Source: Octopus vulgaris
Taxonomy: Eukaryota
Assembly: GCA_951406725.2 (NCBI GenBank)
Contig: OX597821.1
Span: 12,338,001 to 12,402,000, forward strand
Direction of reading: 5' to 3'
Length of the DNA stretch: 64,000 nucleotides
Shown: positions 28,638 to 41,354 of the stretch, in pieces
How the letters are laid out: every line of letters starts with the position of its first letter
Position numbering within the stretch: the first letter of the stretch is position 1
Made by a program: the position numbers and the translations under genes
The notes under the pieces: model-generated
Told to the model about the DNA's origin: nothing
Seen by the model: only the letters and a program-made list of their open reading frames with translations
Database searches by the model: none

Positions 28638-28965
28638 ATGTATGTATATATGTATATTCCCAATATGTAGAAGATATAACAAAACGTCGGAATCTTGTGA
28701 CATAGTTTGATGAAGATATAAATATATTCTTTTTTTTGTCTATGATAAATTTGTCAAAGCATCTTCTGTTTTGTCTTTTAATATATGCGTAGACATTCCT
28801 CACATCGTCATATATAAACACACATATATATGTGTGTATATATGTGCTTTCTTGCTGCTCTAAGGGGTTTTGATTCTTATTTCTAGCAATATAGGTGCTA
28901 CCTAGTCACAATTAGTGACAATTGAATTTTTCACTTTTTACTTTGTATTACGTATAGCTGGCATT

Positions 28966-29049
<84 letters not shown>

Positions 29050-29150
29050 ATACATATAATTAATAATATAAGGGTAATAAATATTTTAGTAACCCTTACT
29101 ACCTGTGGCCTAGCGTGCAGAAAAACTAGTCGACAGACCATATATTACAC

Positions 29151-29454
29151 ATATAAATACAGTGTACATATAAACACACAAGAAGTATCCGTCATAGGAC
29201 TCCCTTCACGCCAGAAGGAACACCCAAAGTCCAAACCTCCACTAGGGACAAAAACTTCGCCTAGGAAATTGTTTTATTTGCTAAGAAAAGTCTGATACCA
29301 TGTTCCAGAAGATGGATGGTAGGTGTTTATATTTTTCCTTCCCTTCGAGTTTTTTTTTCCTAGTGGTGGCTTGGTCTTTAGCTGTTCCTTCTGGCATGAA
29401 AGGAGTCCTATGATGGATACCACTTATGTGTTTAAAAGTATACTGTATTTATAT
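29151..29454. repeat. imperfect long inverted repeat (MITE-like or fold-back)
   Basis: About 108-bp arms, e.g. GTATCCGTCATAGGACTCCCTTCACGCCAGAAGGAACA vs TGTTCCTTCTGGCATGAAAGGAGTCCTATGATGGATAC; spacer about 85 bp. Confidence 0.8.
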
Positions 29455-29965
29455 ATTACTTACATACAGAGATATGTATGCTCATGCATGCACCCATATA
29501 CTATATATATATATATATATATATACGTGTGTCTTAAGCGAACAAATTTATTTTTAGGAGTATAGGAAAATCAATGTCACGTTGAGTAAAAATCATTAGT
29601 CGAATACAAAAGAAGGGACATAAATATATACGTTATTAAATATATAAACAAATGAAAACATTAATAAATACAGAAAGAGAAACATGACAAATATAATGAA
29701 TGTAATTACATTCCGGTCACTAAGATGAATATTTCTCATGAGCGGACATCATTCAGGAATTTTGGTGTTTCCTTAACTCTAACTAATAACATCTTAAGTT
29801 CTTTTTCTTTTTCACTGTAAACGAAATCAACTATTTAATTACACAAGTATCTTAATATCAATATACACATCAGAAAATCTTTTATTTTTTTTAACAATAA
29901 ATGTGAAATAGTGAATATGCATAATTAAATACGGAAGATTAAGTTCCGTACATTATTAGGTTACA

Positions 29966-29991
29966 TCTATATTTATCTATCTGTATGTCTG

Positions 29992-30051
<60 letters not shown>

Positions 30052-30057
30052 CCTACA

Positions 30058-30129
<72 letters not shown>

Positions 30130-30130
30130 A

Positions 30131-30200
<70 letters not shown>
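29966..30200. repeat. (TATC)n microsatellite
   Basis: Direct observation. Confidence 0.95.
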
Positions 30201-30329
30201 ATATAAATGCATGCGTACGTGTGGGTACTCGTAAATTTATACTATGGAATATCGTTGCTGATGAGAGTAGTAATACATTTTTTTTTACTTTAAGCTTGCA
30301 ATAGGATCTTGTACACGATTAACTAATCG

Positions 30330-30860
30330 TTGTTGTCTTGCAAACACATGCAGGTGCTACCAGTCGCGAAATCTGCATACCGGAAGCCAGCTAGTGTATG
30401 GGGTCATCAAGAGAGAATGCGCGCCGTTTCGGGGCCTACTTCTGGACGGCATCAATGCGCACCACAACCCCATCACTGATGTGAGGCTCTGCTTGCTAGA
30501 TCAACTGGTTATCAAATATAAATCAATATTTCTCTAGCCATCGCTCATCGTCTCTTTTTAACCAAATCTAGTGGCTAGCCTTCTTCACTGTAGTTATGAT
30601 ATCGGTCATGGTGGTATTTACCTTACGATGAGTTAGGCCTAACGATATCAACAATCGTCTCACAATGTGTCCAACGCACCCTCTACATCCAATTTTGATT
30701 GGAAAATGCTCCGCTTTCTTGCCTTCGTCTTCACATTCCTCGAGGAGGTTTACATAACGGTCAATCTTTCGAGCCCGATCGGCGTCCATGTTATCTCCAT
30801 GAGGAATCGTTAAATCTAATAGATTTACAACATTCTTTCCTTCATACCATATAAAATGTG
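30330..30860 (-). mobile_element. 3' end of an R2-group (HERO-like) LINE, restriction-like endonuclease remnant
   Basis: DLTIPHGDNMDADRARKIDRYVNLLEECEDEGKKAEHFPIKIGCRGCVG..ASH matches the REL pattern ELTVPWE..RK..Y..PIEVGCRG. Confidence 0.75.
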
Positions 30861-31599
30861 TTTTTCGTAACTGGGATTAATTATCTTTCTTTTGCCCGAC
30901 TACAGCCCACTGTTTTATTCTAGATATTTTTAGGTGATAATAGTGTCTATTGGCGTCTATTTTTCCAGCGCTTGGAGAGGCTTATAGACAATCCCTTGTT
31001 TACTGCAAGCCAATTAATACTAACTTCAGAACTTAACACATATCTCGTGCTTTGTTCAGTTGATTACAGTAAATGTAAAATCGAATGTTGTGACAAATGA
31101 TGTTATCGAAGAAAAGAAAAAATATAAAATTACTGATGGTGAAGACAAAGGAAAGCAAAAAGTGAGCGACAAAAACGGGAGGTAGAAATTTAGTGAGAGC
31201 GGAAGTTATTGGTCGTACATGAATTAGAATATTCAACTGAAAATGGTGATAAAGAAGCACACTGTAATGGGGAACTCTTTTGACTCTGATGCAATTCATT
31301 CTTCAGGCAAATTATGAAAACAATAAAATAAAACAGAAATACATATATTCATACCGAGACATATATAAGACGGAGAAGATTCTCTGAGAATTTTTTTCAT
31401 AGACAGAAAAAGGAACATTTCGACCGTTTTTTAGATGATATAATCATGCAAAATGAAAGGCAAAGGGAAATGAAAGTGAATAAATTAATTTAATATTTTA
31501 TAGGACCAGTTCTGGAAGTTCTCATATTTATCATATAAAATTCAAATGTTGCTCGTTGTTGGCTTCTTTATAATGCCCGCTGCATCGAATGTAGTGTAC

Positions 31600-31629
31600 T
31601 AGTAGTAGTAGCAGCAACAGCAGCAGCAT

Positions 31630-31680
<51 letters not shown>

Positions 31681-31750
31681 CAGCAACAGCAGTAGCAGCA
31701 GCAGCAACAGCAGTAGTAGTAGTGGTAGTAGTAGTAGTAGCAGCAGCAGC

Positions 31751-31787
<37 letters not shown>

Positions 31788-31876
31788 ATAGTAGTAGTAG
31801 TAGTAGTAGTAGTAGTAGCAGCAACAGCAGTAGCAGCAGCAGCAACAGCAGTAGTAGTAGTGGTAGTAGTAGTAGT

Positions 31877-31941
<65 letters not shown>

Positions 31942-31955
31942 AAGTAGTAGTAGTT
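31600..31955. repeat. (AGT)n/(AGC)n compound microsatellite
   Basis: Direct observation. Confidence 0.95.
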
Positions 31956-32378
31956 ATATTAGCTTCTTTAGCTTGTGTTGTTATTAAATTACGGCTTTTA
32001 TATGACAAATAGCAATCGTAGAGGACTCAGTAACTGTATGTTTTAAATGTAAAAGCTTCTACGTCCTTATGCATTCGTTTCCCAGGGTCAGCGGAAGCCT
32101 CGGTTACTTTTGAAAAAGCCGTTGGGAAAACAGCTTTTCTAATGAAAAATACTTTAACATAAAACTTAGCAATGTTTGTCACTCGAACCTCGAAAATTGA
32201 CCAAGAGACCATCAAAAGTATTGTACAAACATTTATCACTTGAATCCAATGACCTACATATGTATGCATTAACAATTAAGATTCAAGTGAATTCCAATGA
32301 ATTCAAATGAATATGGTAATTAACTTAGATGCACCAGAATTGTTTATGGTATTAACCATAAAATAATGTGGGGTGATT

Positions 32379-32591
32379 ATAACCAAGAAAAAAGCAACAA
32401 GAATGGATTAGTAGTCTAGTACAATTGTTTCATACCAAGAACAATTTTATTTAAAGCTGCAAGTATTGCAGCTGATGAATACTGGACATTTGTATTTGCT
32501 GCAATACTTGCAGCTTTAAATAAAATTGTTCTTGGTATGAAACAATTGTACTAGACTACTAATCCATTCTTGTTGCTTTTTTCTTGGTTAT
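32379..32591. repeat. perfect inverted repeat, 94-bp arms, 25-bp spacer
   Basis: 32379-32472 is the reverse complement of 32498-32591. Confidence 0.92.
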
Positions 32592-32627
32592 GTATGCATT
32601 AATGTATTTATATATATGTGTGTATGT

Positions 32628-32685
<58 letters not shown>

Positions 32686-32689
<4 letters not shown>

Positions 32690-33096
32690 GTGGAAGACCC
32701 AATTGCGGGATATGCGACTATCTAATCGAGGGTTCTGAGTTCTCCTTCAAACAGGGACAACGGTTTACAGTGAAAAGCAACTTCACATGTGCTTCGGAGA
32801 ACCTAATATACTCACTAACCTGCTCCGGGTGTCAAGAGCAGTACATAGGCCAAACAAAAAATGGTTTGCGTAAACGAATGGCCCTGCACAGATCCCAGAT
32901 AAAAATTCCCCAAAACAGAAAAATAGCTTTTAGCCAACACATAGATACTTGCGCCAACAAAAAAACACCAAACTTCAGAATTTTCCCCCTCTACCAATTT
33001 AGGGACGATACAACCTCGAGACAACGAATAAGTAAAGAAAATCTCTTTATTATAAAATACAGGCCACTTCTTAACGGGTCTACGACAAACAATTAA
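32686..33096 (+). pseudogene. PLE GIY-YIG endonuclease domain (Neptune-like, Cys-rich linker), 5'-truncated but frame intact
   Basis: CGRPNCGIC linker, NLIYSLTCSGCQEQYIGQT, R..LH, E...I...RPLLN. Confidence 0.9.
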
Positions 33097-33633
33097 TATA
33101 GCTCAACTTAAGAATAAAAGAAATATATATACACACACAAATATTACATTCCATAGAATCCATTACTAATCGCCCCTATCTTCACCCATTCATATTCTCC
33201 CTTCTCTGTTTTTTTTCTTCTTCTCCCTCTTCTTCTTCTTCTTCATCATCATCGTTATCATCATCATCGTCGTCATCGTCATCACCACCACCATCATCAT
33301 CGTCATCTTCTCCTTCTCCTTCTTCTTCTTCATCGTCATCATCATCGGCACCGTCATCTTCTTCTTCTTCTACTTCTCCACCTTCTACCCCCACTAATGT
33401 CTTTAAGTATAACGCCTACGCAGCGACTGCCGGTCGCCACTGACCAGCCCAGATTTTCCCACTCCCACCCCCTCAAGAACTCACAACGACCTCGAATACC
33501 CAAGTGCAAACAAGGGAGTCAGAGAAAGGCAGAATGCCACATATATCTGAACACTACTATGGAAGTATTCCTTTAAAAAAACCTTTCTTCTAATTTTTCT
33601 AAATTTTTCAAATTTTTAATTATTTAATCGTTA

Positions 33634-33671
33634 CAGTTGAAAAGGTCTCAAAATGACCGAAACCGGTACTG
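33634..33671 (+). ncRNA. minimal type I hammerhead ribozyme, U3-A8 variant
   Basis: CAG-TTGAAAA-GGTC tcaaaat GACC-GAA-ACCGGT-A-CTG; GUA cleavage site after 33668. Confidence 0.8.
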
Positions 33672-33720
33672 AAAGCTTCACTATAAAATCATGTTAGCAT
33701 TTTCTATTTTTGACTTGTTT

Positions 33721-33759
<39 letters not shown>

Positions 33760-34402
33760 TGGACATATATATATGGGTGTATATGTGCAGATGTGTGGGT
33801 GGGTGTGTGTATTATATTTCAAAATATTCAATATCTAATATATATATATATAATATTAATACGCTAAGTTTATTTTTTGTACGTACCTGTTGTGTGTGTC
33901 ACACTTACTTCAAAGGAGAGAAGAGAGGGACAGAAGAAGAGGAAGTATAGTTAAAGAGGGAGTTAAAGCGGCACAGAGGAGGAAGTAGGAAGGAATGAGA
34001 GAGAGAGAGAGAGAAGTGGGAGATTGACAGCGTTGAGAGGCAAGAGAAATATAACGCGTTTAGAGGGAAGGAGACATACAGTGGGGAGGTGGGAGGAAGG
34101 AAGAAAGAGAGAGATTTAGAGAGATAGATTGAGTGAAGTAGGGGAGTGGATTGAGAATAATAGTGGAAAAGAATGAAAGATTCTCATACAGAAAATGCTA
34201 GAAAACATTTCCTTCACGACGATATACGGTAAAGCTATCTATCTATCTGCTTGACAGTTATTCTATTTCCCTGCCTCTCTCTCTCCCTCTCTCTCTTTCT
34301 CTCTTTTCCTCAGTCTGTCTCTCTCAGTAAATAGCTGTGGATGTTACAGTTAATCTTCTACAGTTGAAGGGAGGGGTAGGATCAAAAGGTGGTATAAAAT
34401 GT

Positions 34403-34569
34403 ACTTTCTGAGTTCAAATTCCGCCGAGGTCGACTTTGCCTTTCATCCTTTCGGGGTCCATCAAATAAGTACCAGTTACGCACTGGGGTCTGTGTAATTG
34501 ACTTAATCCCTTTGTCTGTCCTTGTTTGTCCGATCTGTGTTTAGCCCCTTGTGGGTAGTAAAGAAATAG
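34403..34569 (+). mobile_element. SINE family B, 5'-truncated
   Basis: TTCTGAGTTCAAATTCCGCCGAGGTCGACTTTGCCTTTCATCC...TAAAGAAATAGG. Confidence 0.85.
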
Positions 34570-34902
34570 GTATAAAATGTATTAAGTTGGGGAGGCATAG
34601 CTGAAGTGACTGGCTGAGCGAGAAAGAGGAGAGACAAAGAGGGATTGAGAGGGAAAGGGAATGAGTGAGAGAGAGAGTGTGTGTGTATGTAGTGACTGAA
34701 AGGAATGTGGCATTTGTTTCGTAGTTTTTCAAAATTTATCATTATTTAAAGAGTAGACAGATACATAACCACAGCAAATACTGAATATTACTTATACTTT
34801 CCTACAATATAATTAATTACCGTGTTCTATATACTGGGTCCTAAGCCAATATTGGATATAATTTTACTTTTCTACACTGTAAGTAGATGTTACTTTTAAA
34901 GA

Positions 34903-35324
34903 TACTCTTTTACTCTTTTACTCTCTTACTTGGTTCAGTCATTTGACTGCGGCCATGCTGGACCACCACCTTTAGTCGAGCAAATCGACCCCGGGACTTA
35001 TTCTTTGTAAGCCCAGTACTTATTCTATCGGTTCTTTTTTTGCCGAACCGCTAGTGACGGCTACCTAAACACACCAGCATCGGTTGTCAAGCAATGCTAG
35101 GGAGACAAACGCAGACACACAAACGTACACACACACACACATATATATATATACATATATACAACGGGCTTCTTTCAGTTTCCGTCTACCAAATTCACTC
35201 ACAAGGTTTTGGTCGGCCCGAGGCTATAGTAGAAGACACTTGCCCAAGATGCTACGCAGTGGGACTGAACCCGGAACTATGTGGTTGGTAAGCAAGCTAC
35301 TTACCACACAGCCACTCCTACGCC
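34903..35324 (-). mobile_element. SINE family A, full length
   Basis: Reverse complement of 9284-9690. Confidence 0.9.
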
Positions 35325-35869
35325 GATGTTTACATTTTTTGTATTTCGTAGAATTTCCCAGGGTCCTGCTTATACATAAATATTCGATAGTTATTAAACA
35401 AAGACACAATTCACAGATGCTTACATTTTAAACGTTTTCCGTGAAGCTTTCACGGGCCCAGCTAGCATATACAATTACATACGTGTAAATATAGATTTCT
35501 ATGCATATGTGTATATCTGTAAGTATGCAGGTATATCTCCATGTATGCAAACTATTATTCCATACACCAACGTGTGTGCAGTGTGCATTGATCATGGACA
35601 GAAACCGAAAACCCAAGACTTAATTATATTCTTGAATATTAATCACTGTCAGTGTAAACTTCATTTAACATGTTTACAAACCTCTCCATAAAATACTTCA
35701 TCAGTATATTCTATTATCCGTATATGGAAGAATTTGCGTGTTCGTATGCGCGCGCGCGGTTTCGTAAGTGTGCGGGGATTCATATGCATGCGCGTGCTCC
35801 TATGTGTATGCGTATGTATCAATCTATCTATCTATTTATCTATCTATCTATCAATCAATCTATCTATCC

Positions 35870-35971
<102 letters not shown>

Positions 35972-37576
35972 ATCTATCTATCTATATATCTATCTATTTA
36001 ACTACCTACCTATCTGTCTCTCTCTCTCTCTACATATATATATATGTATACGTACACGCGCACACACACATGTAAATATATACACATTTATACATATATA
36101 TATTTACACTTATACATATACATGTACATATACACGCGTAATACATACATTAAACACACATATATACATGCACATGCATATGCAGAGATATGTTTGTGTG
36201 CATGTGTGTGCATTCATGTGCATTTGTGCATATATATGCATGTGTAAATATGCTTATGTCTTTATATGTAAGAGAAAGAGAACAGGTAAAGGTAGGAAAC
36301 ACATTTTACTACCGAGTTACAATGCATCGCAACACGCGAAAATATAACGGCAAATAAATTTATTTTCCAAACAAAGAAATTCTTATATTTATGAGAATGT
36401 TTAATGCAACTATTTCTCAGTACAGTTGTTTAGACCGAACTAACGGAATGAATTATTCTCCCGGTGACTCTCATACCACCTTTGAAGACAGGAATTGGCA
36501 GCAGAATGATTTATACTCTAACCTGTTTGATTAAATATATTAAGGAAAATATACATCAGGATCGATAATTAACTTATTTTCTTCGCATTTTACATCATAT
36601 GTTTTTATTGAGATGATAAAATTAGTTTTATGATATTAGTTGGTATTATTATTCAAATATTCAGATATTCAATTAGATGCGTATTCCTTGAGGTAGAGAT
36701 CTTTGTCCTGCTTTTCTAGGATTCAGTATAATTTAGTATGTAAAGGAGAAGAATTCCCTTGAGCAACGACTGTTTTTGTCTTCGTCATTCAAACACCGCT
36801 TTGAAGTGCGAATCCAAATGTATCGCCATTGCGAGTGAACAATACCTCATGCAGATTGAAGTGCCCCAGTGTATGTATGTATGTATGTATGAGCCTATGT
36901 ATGTATGTATGAGCCTATGTATGTATGTATGTGTCTATGTATCTATTTATGTATGTATGTATGTATGTATGTATGTATGTATGTATGTATGCGTCTATGT
37001 ATCTATGTATGTATGTATATGCGTATGAAGTAGCATTCTATCTTATGCTGTTTCCATTTAGTTGTGACAATATTTTCTAATTATTTATTCTGAATATTTA
37101 AAGGGAAGTGTTTGGTTTAGAACATGGTGATAATTTATTAACGGCAGCTATGCCATTTTATCTTATTGTTAGCAATTTGCAATATTCAATAAAATATTAA
37201 GTCATATTACCACGTGATGAAGATGATGAAGTAGGTATCAGAAAATGCAGCAGAAAATAACAAAATACATTATTTCACATCCAAATAATGGTCTAGGTTA
37301 TGTCATGAAAGCAATTTCAATTTCAAGTTAATGTAACGGGAAAAAATATTTAAAGGTAGATATGTGGAATAAAAAGAAATTCTTGGCTTCTTCTTCCATA
37401 GACGCATGTTCGTATAGTCATATGTACTTCCCTTAGTGTGTTCTAAAATATTTGTCTTCATAGGGCTGAAATGTTAGAAAAACAATATTAATTCTTAAAT
37501 CCGGGAAATGCCAAATGTTTAATGACACCTCCCCTATTACTTTAGAAATCTGTTCCAGCATGATATTAGTTTGATA

Positions 37577-37750
<174 letters not shown>

Positions 37751-37874
37751 TATGTATCTATCTGTCTGTCTATCTGTCTCTCTCTCTTTCTCTCTCTCTC
37801 TCTCTTTCTCTCTCTCTATATATATAATACATATACATATATACATATAAACATATATATATATATATGTGTGC

Positions 37875-37915
<41 letters not shown>

Positions 37916-38017
37916 CACTATCTATCTATCTATCTATCTATCAATATGTATATATATGTGTATATATATGTAAATATAAACATACATATATATATAAAAA
38001 TAAAAACATACATATAT

Positions 38018-38059
<42 letters not shown>

Positions 38060-38675
38060 TTAGTGAGATAGTAAGAGAAAGAGAGAGGGAAAGAAAAACA
38101 CACAGAGAGGATAAGAGAACACAACGTCTTCCTTTCGTGATGTTATGCGGAAATTGACTAGGAAGTAAATTCACGCGACCCAATCTTATTTCGTTTTTAA
38201 ATTAATCACTACCAGAAGGTAAAACTACCAAATATTACGGTTCCTTATTACATCAGAGTAGCAATGTATTGCAATAGATAATGGACTGGCGTTCCATGTG
38301 TAAATCAACCCCACGAGGAAAGGTACTGGAATCTCAGATCAAATGCAATAGGATCAATCTAATAGAAGCTTTCAGTTGTCTGTTACATGTGCTTCACTCT
38401 TTAGCTGAAAAGAAACGGTATCTTCTGCTAATGTCCGACGTAACTCTTGTAAAATAACGTCATGATAATTACAATGTATATACATTTATATATGTACTAT
38501 GTATATTCTCTCTCTCTCTACCTATATATGTATGTTTATATGTTTATATATATATATGTATGTTTATATGTTTATATATATATGTATGTTTATATTTATA
38601 TATATATATATATGCATATATATACATACTGGTAGATAGATAGATAGTGAGATTGATATATATATATATATATAT

Positions 38676-38990
38676 CTCGTGGAGGCGCCATCCAACCAAA
38701 ATGCAAATATATGGGAAATTACCACCTGTGTCATCTCTCGTGAAAGGTAGGAGAGTCCAGTTTGCTGGACATTGTTGTAGAGCTGAAAAAGAAGTAATTT
38801 CTACTCTTCTCCTCTGGAAGCCATCTACTCGCAACACCAGAGGGCGCACACTCTCCTACCCTGATGTAATCTCCAGGGATACAGGCATCCAGCAACAGGA
38901 CCTCCGTAATGCTATGATGGACCGTGAAGTCTGGCGCAACATGGTAAATTCCATTGTCTCGACCACGGTCGAACAATGATGGTGATGATA
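38676..38990 (+). mobile_element. 3' end of an RTE-group LINE inserted in (TA)n
   Basis: [47 protein letters not shown], stop, short (TGA)-type tail. Confidence 0.85.
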
Positions 38991-39042
38991 TATATATCTG
39001 TATATATATATATATATATAATAAATAATATATAAATATATG

Positions 39043-39090
<48 letters not shown>

Positions 39091-39149
39091 TATGCATATA
39101 TACATACATATATGTACATACATACATATATATGTATATATACATGCAC

Positions 39150-39338
39150 ATATGGGTACAGGACGTCAAAAAAACACATTGAACACAATGAGAAACGAAA
39201 ACATAAAAACAAAAACATGGAAAACGAACTTTTTTTCGGACAACGAAAAAAAAGCGAACAGAGAAACGAGACATGCAACATAAAGAATATTCCCCTTCAT
39301 CAGTTGTCCCTGCTTCATCTATTCCGCGTACGAAGGGA

Positions 39339-39343
<5 letters not shown>
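39150..39343. repeat. inverted homologue of the repeat at 18640-18862
   Basis: Shared sequence in the opposite orientation; flanked by (TA)n. Confidence 0.6.
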
Positions 39344-39411
<68 letters not shown>

Positions 39412-39579
39412 CAAGTGTTGATCTGACCTATATGTGTTCATAACTGTTTAAGTAGAGGCCAACAAATGACGTGAAAAGTGTTATATCTCTATATAAATGT
39501 GTGTTAATATTACATTACGTATATTCTGTGTACTTATGTGTATATATGCTTGCATACATACATTTATAAACACAAACAT

Positions 39580-39644
<65 letters not shown>

Positions 39645-39724
39645 GGACAAAGACTATAATTCGATTAGTGTGTCGAAATGTTGAGTAAAGCACCGACATA
39701 GGTTAGGCTACCTTTTTTTGCCGA

Positions 39725-39910
39725 AAAGGGGATAAACACAGAGGGGACAAACAAGGACAGACAAACAGATTAAGTCGATTACATCGACCCCAGTGCGTAA
39801 CTGGTACTTAATTTATCGACCCCGAAATGATGAAAGGCAAAGTCGACCTCGGCGGAATTTGAACTCAGGACGCAACAGCGGACGAAATAACACAAAGCAT
39901 TTCGCCCGGC
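39725..39910 (-). mobile_element. SINE family B
   Basis: Matches 23486-23713. Confidence 0.85.
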
Positions 39911-40585
39911 TATCCACAGTTGTGGTACACGTCCGTTGGATCTGATTCAGGAACTCCGCAGTGGCAGTTAGGGTAATAGTATTAATTAATAATAGAAGAT
40001 GGATTACGTATTACACTTTTAATGGGTACAACATATGGGTAACTTCGGGTACATTGATACAGAAGTCACATTAGCCAGTTTTCTTGGCTGGCTTGTTGTT
40101 ATATGACCCATCAAGTTAGGGAATCAATGAAAGTAAATAAAATTATAGAAAAGTAAAAAGTTGAAGTATGAACGTGGAAATCTTGCGTTCCAGTTTCGAT
40201 AAAATGACGTAATCATCTTTCGCTCTCATAACTGCTTAGAGGAAAGCGAAAGTAGTAGGAGACCCAGACTGATGGGTCCAAATATATGTTGTACCTAATA
40301 GATATCTAATACGAAATCCATCTAAAGCTCTTAGCTTAGTTTTTCCTTGGGGCTGGCCAGATTGGAGCAATATCAAGATTAATCAGCCCAAATTGCGAGG
40401 ATGATCCGTTTCTTGACTGAGGATAAAAAGCTTCCAATGACCCGTCCTTGCTTTTTTGTATCGTCTATCTGTATGTTTTGTTGTCCCTTTTTGTATTATA
40501 TATATACATATATATGTATGTATGTATATGTATATGTTTGTTTGTTTATATGTAGATATATATATACATATATATATATAAATAC

Positions 40586-40622
<37 letters not shown>

Positions 40623-40647
40623 GATATATACATACATACATATATAT

Positions 40648-40691
<44 letters not shown>

Positions 40692-40727
40692 ATCAAAATA
40701 AAATAAAAACATGATGCGAAGGATTCA

Positions 40728-40805
40728 GCGGTACATATGTTTCGGGCCTTTATTAGACAGATTTATAACAATGCATAATGTATGTCTGTGGCCTTCTTCA
40801 GCCGC
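40728..40805 (-). ncRNA. minimal type I hammerhead ribozyme in the left arm of the palindrome
   Basis: Minus strand GCGG-CTGAAGA-AGGCC[~40 nt]GGCCC-GAA-ACATATGT-A-CCGC. Confidence 0.75.
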
Positions 40806-41085
40806 GCACAACAGCTTCCGCAAGGACATGTGTTACATCAAAAATTCTTGGTTGGGGATGCAAATCCTCTCATTCACGTACGACATAATGCGGCAGCAGC
40901 ATAGAATTGAAGCGTCCATCTCTTTCTTCTCTCAATGTAGAATGCTCATTCTACATTGAGAGAAGAAAGAGATGGACGCTTCAATTCTATGCTGCTGCCG
41001 CATTATGTCGTACGTGAATGAGAGGATTTGCATCCCCAACCAACAATTTTTGATGTAACACATGTCCTTGCGGAAGCTGTTGTGC

Positions 41086-41162
41086 GCGGCTGAAGAAGGC
41101 CACAGACATACATTATGCATTGTTATAAATCTGTCTAATAAAGGCCCGAACATATGTACCGC
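41086..41162 (+). ncRNA. mirror hammerhead in the right arm, one A of GAAA deleted
   Basis: GCGG-CTGAAGA-AGGCC...GGCCC-GAACATATGTA-CCGC. Confidence 0.6.
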
Positions 41163-41281
41163 TGAATCCTTCGCATCGTGTTTTTATTTTATTTTGATCA
41201 ACTTACTCCACCACCTACACCACCAAACGGTATACACAGGTGCTTATAATTATCAAGTACTCACCCCGAATTTCTATACTC

Positions 41282-41354
<73 letters not shown>

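Larger units (their letters stand above)
32686..33723 (+). mobile_element. 5'-truncated Penelope-like element inserted in (TA)n
   Basis: GIY-YIG domain, 3' region with a hammerhead, (TA)n at both ends. Confidence 0.75.
40689..41201. repeat. near-perfect 513-bp palindrome (about 256-bp arms, 2-nt centre)
   Basis: 40689-40944 vs 40947-41201; I count two substitutions and one 1-bp indel. Confidence 0.95.

Noticed and set aside
30420-30485. GGGG...CCCC-GAAAC in the 3' UTR of the REL LINE
   Set aside because: No complete CUGANGA-type core or cleavage helix
33182-33394. Acidic D/E-rich ORF
   Set aside because: Low-complexity (TCA)/(TCT) tract inside the PLE UTR
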